DNA of 64,000 bases, from positions 192,001 through 256,000 of the forward strand of contig CAVZDU010000002.1 of assembly GCA_963774265.1 (NCBI GenBank), given 5' to 3'. Origin of the DNA: an uncultured Chloroflexia bacterium (lineage in GTDB: Bacteria > Chloroflexota > Anaerolineae > CG2-30-64-16). The position numbers and the translations under genes are program-made. Shown here piece by piece: positions 27,474 through 38,442 of this stretch (positions are counted from its first letter, which is position 1; every line of letters starts with the position of its first letter). The notes under the pieces are model-generated. The model saw only the letters and a program-made list of their open reading frames with translations. It searched no databases and was not told the origin of the DNA.

Positions 27474-29522
27474 ATGACTGACCTCGGTTATATCGCCATT
27501 GCGCTGGCGTTTATCCTTTCGATCTACGGCATCGCTGTGTCCGTGATCGGTGCGCGAAGCAATCGACTTGAGCTGATCACAAGCGGTCGAAACTCGGTTT
27601 ACGTGGTCAGCGGCTTGGTGTTGATTGCGGCCGTGCTCATGTGGCGAGCACTACTCACCAATGAGTTTCAGGTCGAGTTTGTGGCCACGCACAGCGAGCG
27701 CGCACTGCCGACCCTGTACAAGATCTCAGCATTATGGGGTGGGCAGGCCGGCTCCCTTCTCTTCTGGAGCCTGCTCTCCTCGGTGATGGCCTTGTCCGCC
27801 ACCTGGTTCTTCCGCAAGGAACAGGCCAGCCTCAAGCCTTGGGTGAATGCCGTCCTGTTGCTGTACATCGGCTTCTTCATGAGCCTGCTGCTGTTCGCTG
27901 AGAATCCGTTTAGCCGGTTGTGGCAAGATAGCACGGGACAAATCGTGACTGCCGTTTTTCAGCCTGCGGGCACCACGGCGCTCATTCCATCGGATGGGCA
28001 GGGCCTCAATCCGCAGTTGCAGAATTACTGGATGGTCATCCATCCTGTTGCGCTGTACCTCGGTTTTGTCGGCATGACCGTGCCATTCGCCTTCGCGGTG
28101 GCCGCCCTGGTCACGGGTCAGCTCGGCAACACCTGGATCAAGGTTATCCGCAAGTGGGCGCTTGCCCCGTGGGCCTTTCTCGCCTTGGGCATCCTGCTCG
28201 GATCACAGTGGGCCTATATCGAGTTGGGATGGGGCGGCTATTGGGCGTGGGACCCGGTAGAGAATGCCTCATTCCTGCCCTGGCTGACAGGAACCGCGTT
28301 CATCCACAGCATTATGATTCAGGAACGCCGCGGTATGCTTAAGGTGTGGAACATGGTGCTCATCGCGCTGACGTGGGAGCTTACCCTGATTGGCACGTTC
28401 CTGACCCGTTCAGGCGTTGTCCAATCCGTTCACTCTTTCGCATTGTCAGCGGTCGGGCCCATGTTCGCCGGGTTCATTATCATCACATCGCTGGCTTTCA
28501 TCGGCCTCCTGGTGTGGCGTCTGCCTAAGCTGAAGAGCGAGAATTCATTGGACTCAGTGCTTTCTCGCGAGACGAGCTTCCTGACTCAAAACGTCGTCTT
28601 CGTCCTGATCATGGCAGCAACGTTCCTGGGAACGATTTTTCCGTCGATCTCGGAGTTGATCACGGGCGACAAAATCTCACTGAATGCGCCCTACTTCATG
28701 CGCGTTAATGGTCCGATCTTCGTGGTCCTGCTGATTCTGATGGGCATAGCCCCGCTGCTGGCGTGGCGACGCTCGGGGCCTGAGACGTTGCGCCGCAACT
28801 TCCTCCTCCCGATCATCGCCGGATTACTCACTGTACCCCTGCTGTATCTGGTGGGCAACCGCTCGACTGCAGGCTTCGTCGGAATTGGGATCCTGACATT
28901 TGTATTCGCCGGCATTGTGCAGGAGTATGTACGCGGCGTCCGAGCACGCATGCAATCAACACACGAGCCGCTGCCCGCGGCGTTGATCAACCTCATCCGT
29001 CGGAATGGCCGACGCTACGGCGGCTACATTGTCCACATCGGCATACTCTTGATTGCCCTGGGCATCATTGGCAACGAGTTCTACCAGAGTGAGGGCGAGG
29101 CAAACCTGCGATCGGGCGAGACCATTACGGTGGCAAACTATACCCTGACGTATAGTCTGCTCGACGCGACTCAGGGTCCCAACTTCACAGAATTCACTTC
29201 GCCGATGGCAATCTCTCGCAATGGCCACGATATCGGCATCATCACGCCGAAGAAGCTTATCTACAATAAGAACCAGGACCAGCCCATGTCTGAAGTGGGC
29301 CTGCGTCCCGGCCTTGTTGAGGACGTGTACGTGGTACTGGCCGGATGGGACAACGGAGGGCAGACCGCGTCGTTCAAGGTATTCGTGAACCCGCTGATGT
29401 CCTGGATGTGGATCGGCGGCCTGGTCATGATGCTGGGCGTGCTTGTCTCCGCCTGGCCGCGGCGCCCCATCTTTGCCGCAGAAGCCGCCCGCCGCCTGCC
29501 CGAGAGCGCACAACCAGTATGA
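27474..29522 (+). CDS. ccmF: Cytochrome c-type biogenesis heme lyase CcmF
   Basis: WGGQAGSLLFW, IHP, WAYIELGWGGYWAWDPVENAS, SVHSF. Confidence 0.96.
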   Translation: MTDLGYIAIALAFILSIYGIAVSVIGARSNRLELITSGRNSVYVVSGLVLIAAVLMWRALLTNEFQVEFVATHSERALPTLYKISALWGGQAGSLLFWSLLSSVMALSATWFFRKEQASLKPWVNAVLLLYIGFFMSLLLFAENPFSRLWQDSTGQIVTAVFQPAGTTALIPSDGQGLNPQLQNYWMVIHPVALYLGFVGMTVPFAFAVAALVTGQLGNTWIKVIRKWALAPWAFLALGILLGSQWAYIELGWGGYWAWDPVENASFLPWLTGTAFIHSIMIQERRGMLKVWNMVLIALTWELTLIGTFLTRSGVVQSVHSFALSAVGPMFAGFIIITSLAFIGLLVWRLPKLKSENSLDSVLSRETSFLTQNVVFVLIMAATFLGTIFPSISELITGDKISLNAPYFMRVNGPIFVVLLILMGIAPLLAWRRSGPETLRRNFLLPIIAGLLTVPLLYLVGNRSTAGFVGIGILTFVFAGIVQEYVRGVRARMQSTHEPLPAALINLIRRNGRRYGGYIVHIGILLIALGIIGNEFYQSEGEANLRSGETITVANYTLTYSLLDATQGPNFTEFTSPMAISRNGHDIGIITPKKLIYNKNQDQPMSEVGLRPGLVEDVYVVLAGWDNGGQTASFKVFVNPLMSWMWIGGLVMMLGVLVSAWPRRPIFAAEAARRLPESAQPV

Positions 29523-29530
29523 GTAACTGA

Positions 29531-30148
29531 ATGAATCCGATCGTCTTTCTCATGTTGACAGCGGCCCTGATCGGCGGCGCCTTCTACCTCGTTGCGCTGC
29601 CGATCCTAAAGCACGCACGACGCGTGTCCGCCCCACCGTCCTTGACTTCCGAGCAGGAGCGACTCGACGACCTGCTCGCAAACCGGGACGCCGCATTTCA
29701 GGCCCTGCGTGAGTTGAGCTTCGACCATCGGGTCGGCAAAATCACCGATGAAGACTTCGTTGCGTTCGAGGCCCACCTGAAACGCAACGCCGCGGAGACT
29801 CTGCGCGCGCTGGATGACTGGGATGGGGAAGCCGAGGACGACCTTGACCAGGTCCTGGAGCGAGCGATCCAGACGCGCAAGCAGTACATGGCCAGAGACA
29901 GGGATTCAGGTCGCCCCACTGAAGACGACGACCGGATTTGCTCCAAGTGCGGCAGGCCGGCATCAGCAACTGACCGATTCTGTGGTGGGTGCGGCACCCC
30001 GCTTTCTGATTCCCCTGCGCCTACGACCCAGACAACGCCAGCCCTGGCGTGCCCTAACTGCGGCCACCCGAACCTGGCTGGAGACAAGTTCTGCGCGGGC
30101 TGCGGGCAGGGGCTGGCGGTGGAAGCTTCTGCAACGGCTGCGATGTGA
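29531..30148 (+). CDS. CcmI-like N-terminus fused to a double zinc ribbon
   Basis: TM helix, ALRELSFDHRVGKITDEDF, then four CxxC pairs (CSKC/CGGC/CPNC/CAGC). Confidence 0.75.
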   Translation: MNPIVFLMLTAALIGGAFYLVALPILKHARRVSAPPSLTSEQERLDDLLANRDAAFQALRELSFDHRVGKITDEDFVAFEAHLKRNAAETLRALDDWDGEAEDDLDQVLERAIQTRKQYMARDRDSGRPTEDDDRICSKCGRPASATDRFCGGCGTPLSDSPAPTTQTTPALACPNCGHPNLAGDKFCAGCGQGLAVEASATAAM

Positions 30149-30149
30149 G

Positions 30150-33100
30150 ATGGTTTTGAGCACGGAGGCGCACAGGCCGTTCGGTCTCTCCGTGGACGCC
30201 CACGATTCGGTGGTTCAAACCGCCCTGGCCCGTGCTCCCAGTCCTGAACGCGCGCGGGTCAACTTCGACCGGCTGCTCGCCGTCGCCGACGATCCACCCG
30301 AACTCCTCCAGAACCTGACCGACGATCCCCATACCCTTGAAACGCTCATTGCCCTGTTGACCGGCTCTCAATATCTTACGGAAATCCTCCTCCGAAACCC
30401 CGGTTATATCGTGCTGTTGTCCCAGCACAGCGGCCTCGCGCAAATAAAGTCTGCTGGCTGGCTACGCGGCAGAAGCGCGAAATGCGACGGATCCATGGCT
30501 GACCGATAGAGACGGAGATGCGGCCGCGCTGGATGCCCTGCGACGGTACCAACAGCGCGAAATGCTCCGTATCGGCGCTGCGGATCTCGCGGGTCTGATC
30601 GAACTGGGATCGGTCACTCGGCAACTCTCACACCTGGCAGACAGTGTGCTCCAAACAGCGCTCGAAATCGTTGCGGGCCAGCTCGATATCTCGCCATCCG
30701 GTTTCGCAGTAGTAGCAATGGGCAAACTGGGCGGCGAGGAGCTCAACTACAGCTCCGACATTGACCTGCTTTTCCTGTGCCAGGACAATGGCGAGGAACA
30801 GGCCGAAGAGCGGCACAAGTTCGGAGAGCGCCTGATCAAGGCACTGACCGAGCCAACGAGCGAGGGCTTTCTCTATCGCGTCGATATGCGCCTGCGGCCC
30901 TGGGGTCGAGTGGGACCGCTGGCGCCTACAGTGGCAGGTTACCTGAGGTATCTCCAAGAGCATGCCCGGCTGTGGGAAAAACAGGCGCTTCTTCGCGGTC
31001 GTCCTGCTGCCGGCGACGTAGGTCTTGGTCATGCGTTCCTCAGCCAAGTCGAACCGCTCCTCTTCGCCGCTGGCCCCGAGGCCGTGCGTCGCGAGGTCCA
31101 TGCGATGAAGCAGCAGACCGAGGCATATCTTCGGCTGGCCGGACGCACTTGGGGCGAGGTGAAGCTGGGCGAGGGCTCCATTCGGGATGCGGAGTTTATC
31201 GTGCAGTACCTCCAGTTGGCGCATGGTGACCGGGATGAAACATTGCGCACAGGCAACACAGTGGAAGCCATGACGCGACTGGCAGAGCGCCGGCTCCTCA
31301 CGCTCGGCGAGCATCGCATCCTGGCAGAGGGCTACACCTTTCTGCGCACCGTCGAACACTACCTGCAAATACTTGAATACCGCCAGACCCATACCCTGCC
31401 TCCGAATCCTGCCGACTTGCGCTACCTGGCACGGCGTTTGGGCTATGCGGGTCCCAACGCAGCCGCCGAATTCGTCGCCCGGTACGAGCAGCACACCTCG
31501 GCCGTGCGCGCAGTCTATCTGCGCCACCTGGCAGGCATGAGTGAATCCGGGCCTGAACCATTTCATGACATTACGACCCTCACCGACGAGGATTTGAACG
31601 CTGGAGGCATAGCGATGATGCTAGAACATAAAGACGCGCCTTCCGCTGCCGCACGACAGCACATGGCCCGCCTGGTCCCCTCCTACGCGGCCACCTTTGA
31701 CCCTATCGAGATCGAACGCCATGCGATCATGGCCGCTCGTCTCGATCCGGAACATCCGGTTATAGTTGATGCGGCTCCCCTCGAAAACGGAAAAACGCGG
31801 GTGACGATTGTCGGCTATGATTACCTGGGCGAGTTGTCGCTGATTTGCGGATTGATGTTCGCCTATGGTTTCAGCATCATCGATGGTTATGTCTACACCT
31901 ATGAGCATACTAGCGAGACTCAGGGTCAACGCAAGATCGTGGACGTTTTCACGGTCGAGCCGGTCCGCGCGGCGCCTGGAGCGCTCGTGTGGCACGAGTA
32001 CGCGTCCGATCTGCTGGGCCTCATCAAATACCTCCAACAAGGGCAGCCGCGGACGGCCCAGGGCGAGTTGGCCAAACGTGTGGCTGTCGCATTGCGCTTG
32101 CGCGAACCCGAGGCTCCGACCCTGCCGCCCATTGACATCGAGATTGACAACGAGGCATCCGACCGCTATACGGTTCTCCAGATCAGCGCACCCGACACGC
32201 CCGGCTTCCTGTATGAGTTCACCAACGCGCTTGCTTTGTCCGGGGTACATATCGCGCAGGTCTTCGTAATCTCGACGGGCAACCGTGTGCGGGATACCCT
32301 CTTCGTCACCGATACGCGCGGGGAGAAAATCAGGGCCGACGCGCGACAGCGCGAACTGCGCTCCGCCACAGTTCTGATCAAACACTTCACTCATTTGCTC
32401 CCCCGATCGCCCAACCCCGAATCGGCCCTTCTTCATTTCCACGAATACCTGGGAGAACTGTTCAGCCGCTCCTCCTGGCCAGGTGAACTGGCTTCTCTGG
32501 AGCGGCCCGAGGTGCTCTCCGCGCTGGCCCGTCTGCTGGGGGTCTCCGAGTTTCTGTGGGACGACTTCCTGCGCATGCAGTATGAGAACCTATTCCCAGT
32601 GGTGCGCGACGTCGAGTCGCTGCGCGAAGCCAAGAGACGGGAAGAACTAGACGCGGAGATCGACGCTGCGCTCCGGGGACCCGACTGGCAAGATCGTCTG
32701 AATGAATTCAAGGATCGGGAGATGTTCCGCATCGATATGCGACACATCTTGGGTCAGGTGGGCAGCTTCACGGGTTTCTCGGCGGAACTGACCGATTTGG
32801 CAGAGGTTGTTCTGAGGGCGGCGAGCGAACAGGTATGGCGAACTCTGGTCGCACAGCACGGCACTCCACAAGATCTCGAAGGACAGCCAGCACGCTTCGC
32901 CCTGGCCGCGCTGGGCAAATGCGGTGGTCGGGAGCTGGGATTTGCTTCCGACATCGAGTTGATGTTCCTGTTCGATGGTTCAGGCGAGACGACAGGTCCG
33001 CGGATTATCCCGTCAACTGAGTTCTTCGAGAAGCTAGTGGTCGAGACCACGCGCGCGATCCGGGCGCGCCGCGAGGGCATCTTCCAAATCGATCTGCAAT

Positions 33101-33744
33101 TGCGGCCCTACGGAAAGGCAGGCAGTCTGGCCGTGTCTCTGGACGCGTTTCGCCGCTACTTCGCACCGACCGGCCCTGCGTGGCCTTACGAGCGGCAAGC
33201 ACTGGTCAAGCTGCGCCCGATTGCAGGGAATGTCGAACTCGAGCACGAGCTCGAGTCTCTGCGCGATAGATTCCTATATAGGGGGGCGCCTTTCGATGTG
33301 GCAGCCATGCGCGCGATGCGCGAGCGACAGTTGCGCCACCTGGTGGAAGCCGGCCGCGTGAATGCAAAGTTCAGCAAGGGCGGCATTGTGGATTTGGAGT
33401 ATATCGTCCAAGGCCTGCAGATCACACACGGACACCGTGATCCGAGCCTTCGTGTCACAAACACCGCCGAGGCCATCCACGCGCTTGCGAACATCGGGGT
33501 GATCTCAACCGAAAACGCGGCGCGACTCAGTGAGGCATTGATCTTCCTTCAGAACCTGATCAATGCGCTGCGGATGGTGCGGGGAAATACCAAGGATCTG
33601 ACCGTGCCGCCACCCGAGAGCGAGGAGTTCAGCTTCCTCGCCCGGCGCTTGGGGTACGGACACGACCCTGGCCGTCTCAGCGTGGCTCTGAACGAACACA
33701 TGGGGTGGGTGCAAAGACTGGAGGGACGACTATTGTCCACTTAG
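30150..33744 (+). CDS. glnE: Glutamine synthetase adenylyltransferase with two internal ACT domains (frameshift near 30468)
   Basis: GKLGGEELNYSSDIDL, VDMRLRP, WEKQAL; second module GKCGGRELGFASDIEL, IDLQLRPYG, YERQAL; ACT motifs between the two. Confidence 0.9.
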
Positions 33745-33750
33745 TAAATT

Positions 33751-33776
33751 GAGGGCCGAGTCTGCACCCGGCCCTC
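33751..33776. terminator. Hairpin between convergent glnE and bfr
   Basis: GAGGGCCG/CGGCCCTC stem. Confidence 0.6.
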
Positions 33777-33788
33777 TCTACTTCGGGT

Positions 33789-34256
33789 TCAGTCCACCTG
33801 CTCGACCAGGTAGTTCTGGATCCCCATCTGCTCGATCTGGTCTAGCTGAGCCTCCAACCAGTCGACATGATCCTCTTCGTCTGCGAGGATGCCCTCCAGC
33901 AGCACGCGCGTGCCATTGTCGCCCAGCTCCTCGGCCTGGCGGATGCCCTTGTTATACACTGCCACTGCGCCCAACTCCGAAGCCAAGTCATTTTGTAACT
34001 GCTCCGGAACGGTGCCGCCAATGTGCAGCGGGTTGAGTTGGCTGACGACTGGTTTGCCGTCGAGAAACAGGATGCGGCCGATCAGCTTCTCCGCATGCCC
34101 CATCTCGGCGATCGCCCGCTTTTCGACCGCCTCGTGCAACTCACCGTATCCCCAGTTCGCGCACATCTCAGAATGCACAATGTACTGGTTGATCGCGGTC
34201 AGCTCGTCGGCGAGCAGGGTGTTGAGTGTTGCGATGACCTCTTTGTTGCCCTTCAT
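33789..34256 (-). CDS. bfr: Bacterioferritin
   Basis: MKGNKEVI, ELTAINQY, EMGHAE, RILFLDG.P, DEEDHVDWLE. Confidence 0.95.
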   Translation of the reverse strand: MKGNKEVIATLNTLLADELTAINQYIVHSEMCANWGYGELHEAVEKRAIAEMGHAEKLIGRILFLDGKPVVSQLNPLHIGGTVPEQLQNDLASELGAVAVYNKGIRQAEELGDNGTRVLLEGILADEEDHVDWLEAQLDQIEQMGIQNYLVEQVD

Positions 34257-34269
34257 AGCAGCTCCTTTA

Positions 34270-35958
34270 CTATTTCTTTTTTTCCACCTTCGCCCAGGTG
34301 TCCTTAAGTCCAACAGTTCGATTGAACACCACCAACTCCGGCGTCGAGTCAGGGTCGGCACAGAAATACCCCTGCCGCAGGAACTGGAACCGATCCCCCG
34401 GCTTGCTCTCGCGGAGGCCCGGCTCCACTTTGCACCCAGTTAGCACGGTCATCGAGTTCTGACTGATGTTTGCGGTGAAGTCCTGGCCCTCTGGAACGTC
34501 GTTTGGGTCTTCCTTCGTGAACAGCGACTCATACAAGCGCACCTCCGCGTCAACCGCGTGATTGGCTGATACCCAGTGCAACGTTCCTTTAACCGTCCGG
34601 CCGTCCGGGGTTGCACCTCCACCCGATTCTGGATCATAGGTACAGCGCAGTTCAACCACATTGCCCGCCGCATCCTTGATCGCCTCGTGGCACCGGATGT
34701 AGTACCCGTGTTTCAGGCGCACCTCCCGGCCCGGCCCCAGCCTGAACCACCCTTTCGGGGCGTCCTCGCGATAGTCGTCTTGCTCAACGTAGAGCTCCCC
34801 CGAAAACGGTACCGTGCGCGTGCCCATACTCTCGTCTTCGGGGTTGTTCGTTGCGGTCACCCATTCGACCTTGCCCACTGGCCAATTCTCGATGACGACC
34901 TTGAGGGGTCGCAGGACGGCCATCACGCGCATTGCGCGACGATTCAGATCCTCCCGCACACAATGCTCGAGCAATTGGATCTCTACGACGATGTTAGATT
35001 TGGATACGCCTGTGCGTTCCATCAAATCGTTGATGGCCTCGGGTGTGTACCCGCGACGGCGCAGGCCGACCAGCGTCGGCATGCGCGGGTCATCCCAACC
35101 TTTCACAAAACCCTCATTGACCATGCGGCGCAGATATCGTTTGCTCAGGAGGGTATAGGTCAACGAGAACCGGCCGAACTCAACCTGCTGCGGACAATAG
35201 ATGCCTAATTCATTGCAGAACCATTCGTACAATGGGCGATGGTCCTCATAGCCGACATCGCACAGCGAGTGGGTAACTCCCTCGATAGAGTCAGACTGCC
35301 CATGCGCCCAGTCGTACATCGGATAGATGCACCACGCATCACCGGTGCGATGGTGCTCAGCATGGAGAATGCGGTACATGACCGGATCGCGCAGGTTGAA
35401 GTTTGGGTGCGCCATATCGATCTTGGCGCGCAGCGTGCGCGAGCCGTCAGGGAAGTCGCCTTTTTTCATCCGCGCAAACAGGTTGAGGTTCTCTTCGACC
35501 GACCGATCCCGCCAAGGACTGTTCTTGCCCGGCTCAGTCAGGGTGCCGCGATACTCGCGCACCTGCTCGGGCGACAGGTCGCACACGTACGCTTTGCCTT
35601 TGCGGATCAAATCCTGCGCCCACTCATAGAGTTGCTGGAAATAATCCGAAGCGAAAAAGAGCCGGTCGTCCCAATCCCAGCCGAGCCAGCGGATGCTCTC
35701 CATGATGGCATCGACAAATTCGGTTTCTTCCTTGACAGGATTTGTGTCGTCGAAGCGCAGGTTGCACTCCCCGCCATAGTCGCGCGCCAGGCCGAAGTCA
35801 ATAGCAATGGCCTTGGCGTGCCCTATGTGCAGATACCCGTTCGGCTCGGGCGGGAAACGCGTACGCACGCGGCCGCCGAAACGACCCGTCCGATTGTGTT
35901 CATCGACGATTTCGTGGATAAAGTCCTTAGGAGGGAGCGTCGTCGCGACATCTGGCAT
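34270..35958 (-). CDS. glnS: Glutamine--tRNA ligase
   Basis: [44 protein letters not shown]. Confidence 0.97.
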   Translation of the reverse strand: MPDVATTLPPKDFIHEIVDEHNRTGRFGGRVRTRFPPEPNGYLHIGHAKAIAIDFGLARDYGGECNLRFDDTNPVKEETEFVDAIMESIRWLGWDWDDRLFFASDYFQQLYEWAQDLIRKGKAYVCDLSPEQVREYRGTLTEPGKNSPWRDRSVEENLNLFARMKKGDFPDGSRTLRAKIDMAHPNFNLRDPVMYRILHAEHHRTGDAWCIYPMYDWAHGQSDSIEGVTHSLCDVGYEDHRPLYEWFCNELGIYCPQQVEFGRFSLTYTLLSKRYLRRMVNEGFVKGWDDPRMPTLVGLRRRGYTPEAINDLMERTGVSKSNIVVEIQLLEHCVREDLNRRAMRVMAVLRPLKVVIENWPVGKVEWVTATNNPEDESMGTRTVPFSGELYVEQDDYREDAPKGWFRLGPGREVRLKHGYYIRCHEAIKDAAGNVVELRCTYDPESGGGATPDGRTVKGTLHWVSANHAVDAEVRLYESLFTKEDPNDVPEGQDFTANISQNSMTVLTGCKVEPGLRESKPGDRFQFLRQGYFCADPDSTPELVVFNRTVGLKDTWAKVEKKK

Positions 35959-36125
35959 GGAACGAACCTTCTACGGGCAACCGTGCTTGACGGGACGCAC
36001 GTTGATACGCCTGCCACTCTGCCGGGGCAAGCCAAGATGATTGTAGCACGACGCCGCTACGGGGCCAAACCTGGTTTTCTGCGCCCGGGCCGCATGGTAA
36101 CGACCGCTGCAATCAGGTGGAAGAT

Positions 36126-37247
36126 CTACGCCTGACCGATGACCACAAGCGCTTCACGCCGCAGCGAAATCCGGACCTGGTCACCGACCTGCAAGTCAAG
36201 CGGAGTATACGTGAAGCTTGCGTGGCGCACCTCGATCAGGTGCTGATTCGAGAGCAATACTTGCAGAATCCGGCCGCCCGGATGGGGGCTACTCCCCACA
36301 ATCCGGCCGGTCGCCTGGTTGTAACGGACAGCATCCACAAGGGGCCGATCGGGGTAGAGGATCTTCACATCCTCAGGCCGCACATAGGCGGTCACGCTGT
36401 TGCCTGCAGCCTCGGCCCGTGGCGGAGCCACAAGCCGGAGTCCGTCCCAATCGAGCACAAGCCCGTTCGGCGCTGCGCTCACCACTTGTGCACGAAACAA
36501 ATTAGGAATGCCCATGATCTCGGCGACGTGCTGGTTAGCCGGATAACGAAAAACGTCCGCCAATGGCCCCACCTGTTCCACACGTCCATCGCGCATTACG
36601 GCCAGCCGCTGCCCCACAGCAAACGCGTCCTCCAGGCGGTGGGTCACGTAGATCACGGCCAATCCGAACTCGCCCTGCAATGCGAGCAACTCAAGCTGCA
36701 GGCGCTGCCGGGCCGCGGCATCCAGGGCCGAAAAAGGCTCATCCAGCAGCAGCGCCCTGGGCTCAGCCGCCAGTGCGCGGGCCAAGGCTATCCGCTGCTG
36801 CTGCCCACCGGACAGCTCATGTGGGTAGTGATCGGCCAGGTGCGCAAGATTCATGCGCCCGAGGAACTCAGCCGCGCGCGCCGGCCGGCCCGGTCCTCGC
36901 AATGGATAGGCCACGTTCTCGATTGCGGTCAGATGGGGGAACAGGGCGTACTGCTGGAAGACGTAACCCACGTGACGCCGACGCGCCGGAAGGTTCACTG
37001 GCCGCGCCGTACCGTCTCGGAGAAAGAGGACTTCACCGTCGAGGGTGATACGGCCATGCTCCGGCTCAATCAGTCCCGCGATGGCGCTCAGAGTAGTGGA
37101 CTTGCCAGAACCCGAGGGCCCAAAAAGAACCAAAATCTCGGCACCCACCTCCAGCCGCACGTGGAGGCGGAAATCAGGCCGATGCACCGTGAACTCAGCG
37201 TCCAGCCGGGGTACGGCAGCAGCGCGCTCACTGCCTTGCATCGGCAT
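36126..37247 (-). CDS. modC: Molybdate ABC transporter ATP-binding protein
   Basis: GPSGSGKS, LSGGQQQR, LDEPFSALD, TOBE-like C-terminus; adjacent to modB. Confidence 0.88.
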   Translation of the reverse strand: MPMQGSERAAAVPRLDAEFTVHRPDFRLHVRLEVGAEILVLFGPSGSGKSTTLSAIAGLIEPEHGRITLDGEVLFLRDGTARPVNLPARRRHVGYVFQQYALFPHLTAIENVAYPLRGPGRPARAAEFLGRMNLAHLADHYPHELSGGQQQRIALARALAAEPRALLLDEPFSALDAAARQRLQLELLALQGEFGLAVIYVTHRLEDAFAVGQRLAVMRDGRVEQVGPLADVFRYPANQHVAEIMGIPNLFRAQVVSAAPNGLVLDWDGLRLVAPPRAEAAGNSVTAYVRPEDVKILYPDRPLVDAVRYNQATGRIVGSSPHPGGRILQVLLSNQHLIEVRHASFTYTPLDLQVGDQVRISLRREALVVIGQA

Positions 37248-37248
37248 G

Positions 37249-37926
37249 TCACCCTTCCTGGGCCGCAAGCGGTGCGGTGCGGGGTCGCCTGGGATGTTCA
37301 AATCGACGCACAGCCCAGAGGCTCAAAAAGGCCAGGGCTGTCATCAAGACCACCATGCCGTTGGCCTGCGCGTAGCTGCGATTCTGCACGGCATCATAGA
37401 TGGCCAACGGCAGCGTTTGTGTCCGGCCCGGGATGTTGCCTGCCACCATCAGCGTAGCGCCGAATTCACCCAGCGCCCGCGCCGCGGCCAACACGACTCC
37501 CGCCAGAATGCCGCGTCGCGCGAGCGGGAGCGTTACGCGCCAGAGCACTTCGAATTCCGAAGAGCCCAACGTGCGCGCAGCATTTTCCAACGCGGGATCG
37601 ACGCCTGCAATGGCGGCACGCGCCGATTGCACCAGGAGCGGCAGGCCGACAATCGCGGATGCGATGGTTGCGGCGCCCCAAGTGAAGAGGATACGCCATC
37701 CAAACCACTCCACGACCGGGCTGTCGCGGCCCAATGCCAGCAGCAGGTAGTAGCCGACTACGGTGGGCGGCAGCACCAGCGGCAGATTGACCAGTGCTTC
37801 CACCATCGTGGCCCCGCGGAAGCGCCGCCGCGCCAACAGCAGCGCCAACGGCAGTCCCCCCATCACCATCAGGCACAGTGCCACGGCTGTCACCTTGAGT
37901 GACAGCAAGAGCGGCTGCCAGATCAT
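37249..37926 (-). CDS. modB: Molybdate ABC transporter permease
   Basis: LPLVLPPTVVGYYLL, ARALGEFGATLMVAGNIPGRTQTLPLAIY. Confidence 0.94.
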   Translation of the reverse strand: MIWQPLLLSLKVTAVALCLMVMGGLPLALLLARRRFRGATMVEALVNLPLVLPPTVVGYYLLLALGRDSPVVEWFGWRILFTWGAATIASAIVGLPLLVQSARAAIAGVDPALENAARTLGSSEFEVLWRVTLPLARRGILAGVVLAAARALGEFGATLMVAGNIPGRTQTLPLAIYDAVQNRSYAQANGMVVLMTALAFLSLWAVRRFEHPRRPRTAPLAAQEG

Positions 37927-38003
37927 TGTATCTCCTCGCCGGCCAATACAAAGCCGACCTTGCGCATGATCGGTCCACCCCGGGGCCCGTTGACGAACTC
38001 GGC
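37923..38003 (-). pseudogene. modA: 3' remnant of modA
   Basis: Reads AEFVNGPRGGPIMRKVGFVLAGEEIQ*, similar to ModA C-termini. The stop overlaps the modB ATG (ATGA). Confidence 0.65.
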
Positions 38004-38178
38004 CGTGTTCTCCGCATTTTACCATAGGGTGAGGCGCTCGTGCGGGTTGAGACGGCCAAGGTGAGGCGAATGATGCCGCGATTGTAAGCCAAAACGCAGC
38101 AAACAACGCTCGTTGGCGTACATCCTATGGCTGTGGTTTTAGTTCGCTCAGCTTCAGACCAAACAGGGAGATTGTAAA

Positions 38179-38337
38179 ATGGAATTCGAAGGCTACTGTG
38201 TCAAGTGCCGCGAAAAGCGGCAAGTCAAGAACGGCGAGGTCAAGGAGACCCCCAACGGACGGAAGATGGCCCAGGGCGTCTGCCCGAAGTGCGGAACCAA
38301 GGTCACACGTTTTCTAGCGGCAAAGAAAGCAGGCTGA
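38179..38337 (+). CDS. 52-aa zinc-ribbon protein (DUF5679-like), absent from the ORF track
   Basis: MEFEGYCVKCREKRQVKNGEVKETPNGRKMAQGVCPKCGTKVTRFLAAKKAG; GGGAG RBS; downstream terminator. Confidence 0.88.
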   Translation: MEFEGYCVKCREKRQVKNGEVKETPNGRKMAQGVCPKCGTKVTRFLAAKKAG

Positions 38338-38367
38338 TCCCAAACAGGGATGCCACGGAATAAGAGA

Positions 38368-38408
38368 AGCCAGGTTTCACCTTCCGGTAGAAACCTGGCT
38401 CCTCTTTT
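38368..38408. terminator. Intrinsic terminator
   Basis: AGCCAGGTTTC/GAAACCTGGCT 11-bp stem followed by CCTCTTTT. Confidence 0.8.
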
Positions 38409-38442
38409 CGGGTCCCGGCAACGCGCCGGCCCCAGCAAGCAC

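Noticed and set aside
36117-37902. 446-aa and 285-aa plus-strand ORFs
   Set aside because: Antisense to modC and modB.
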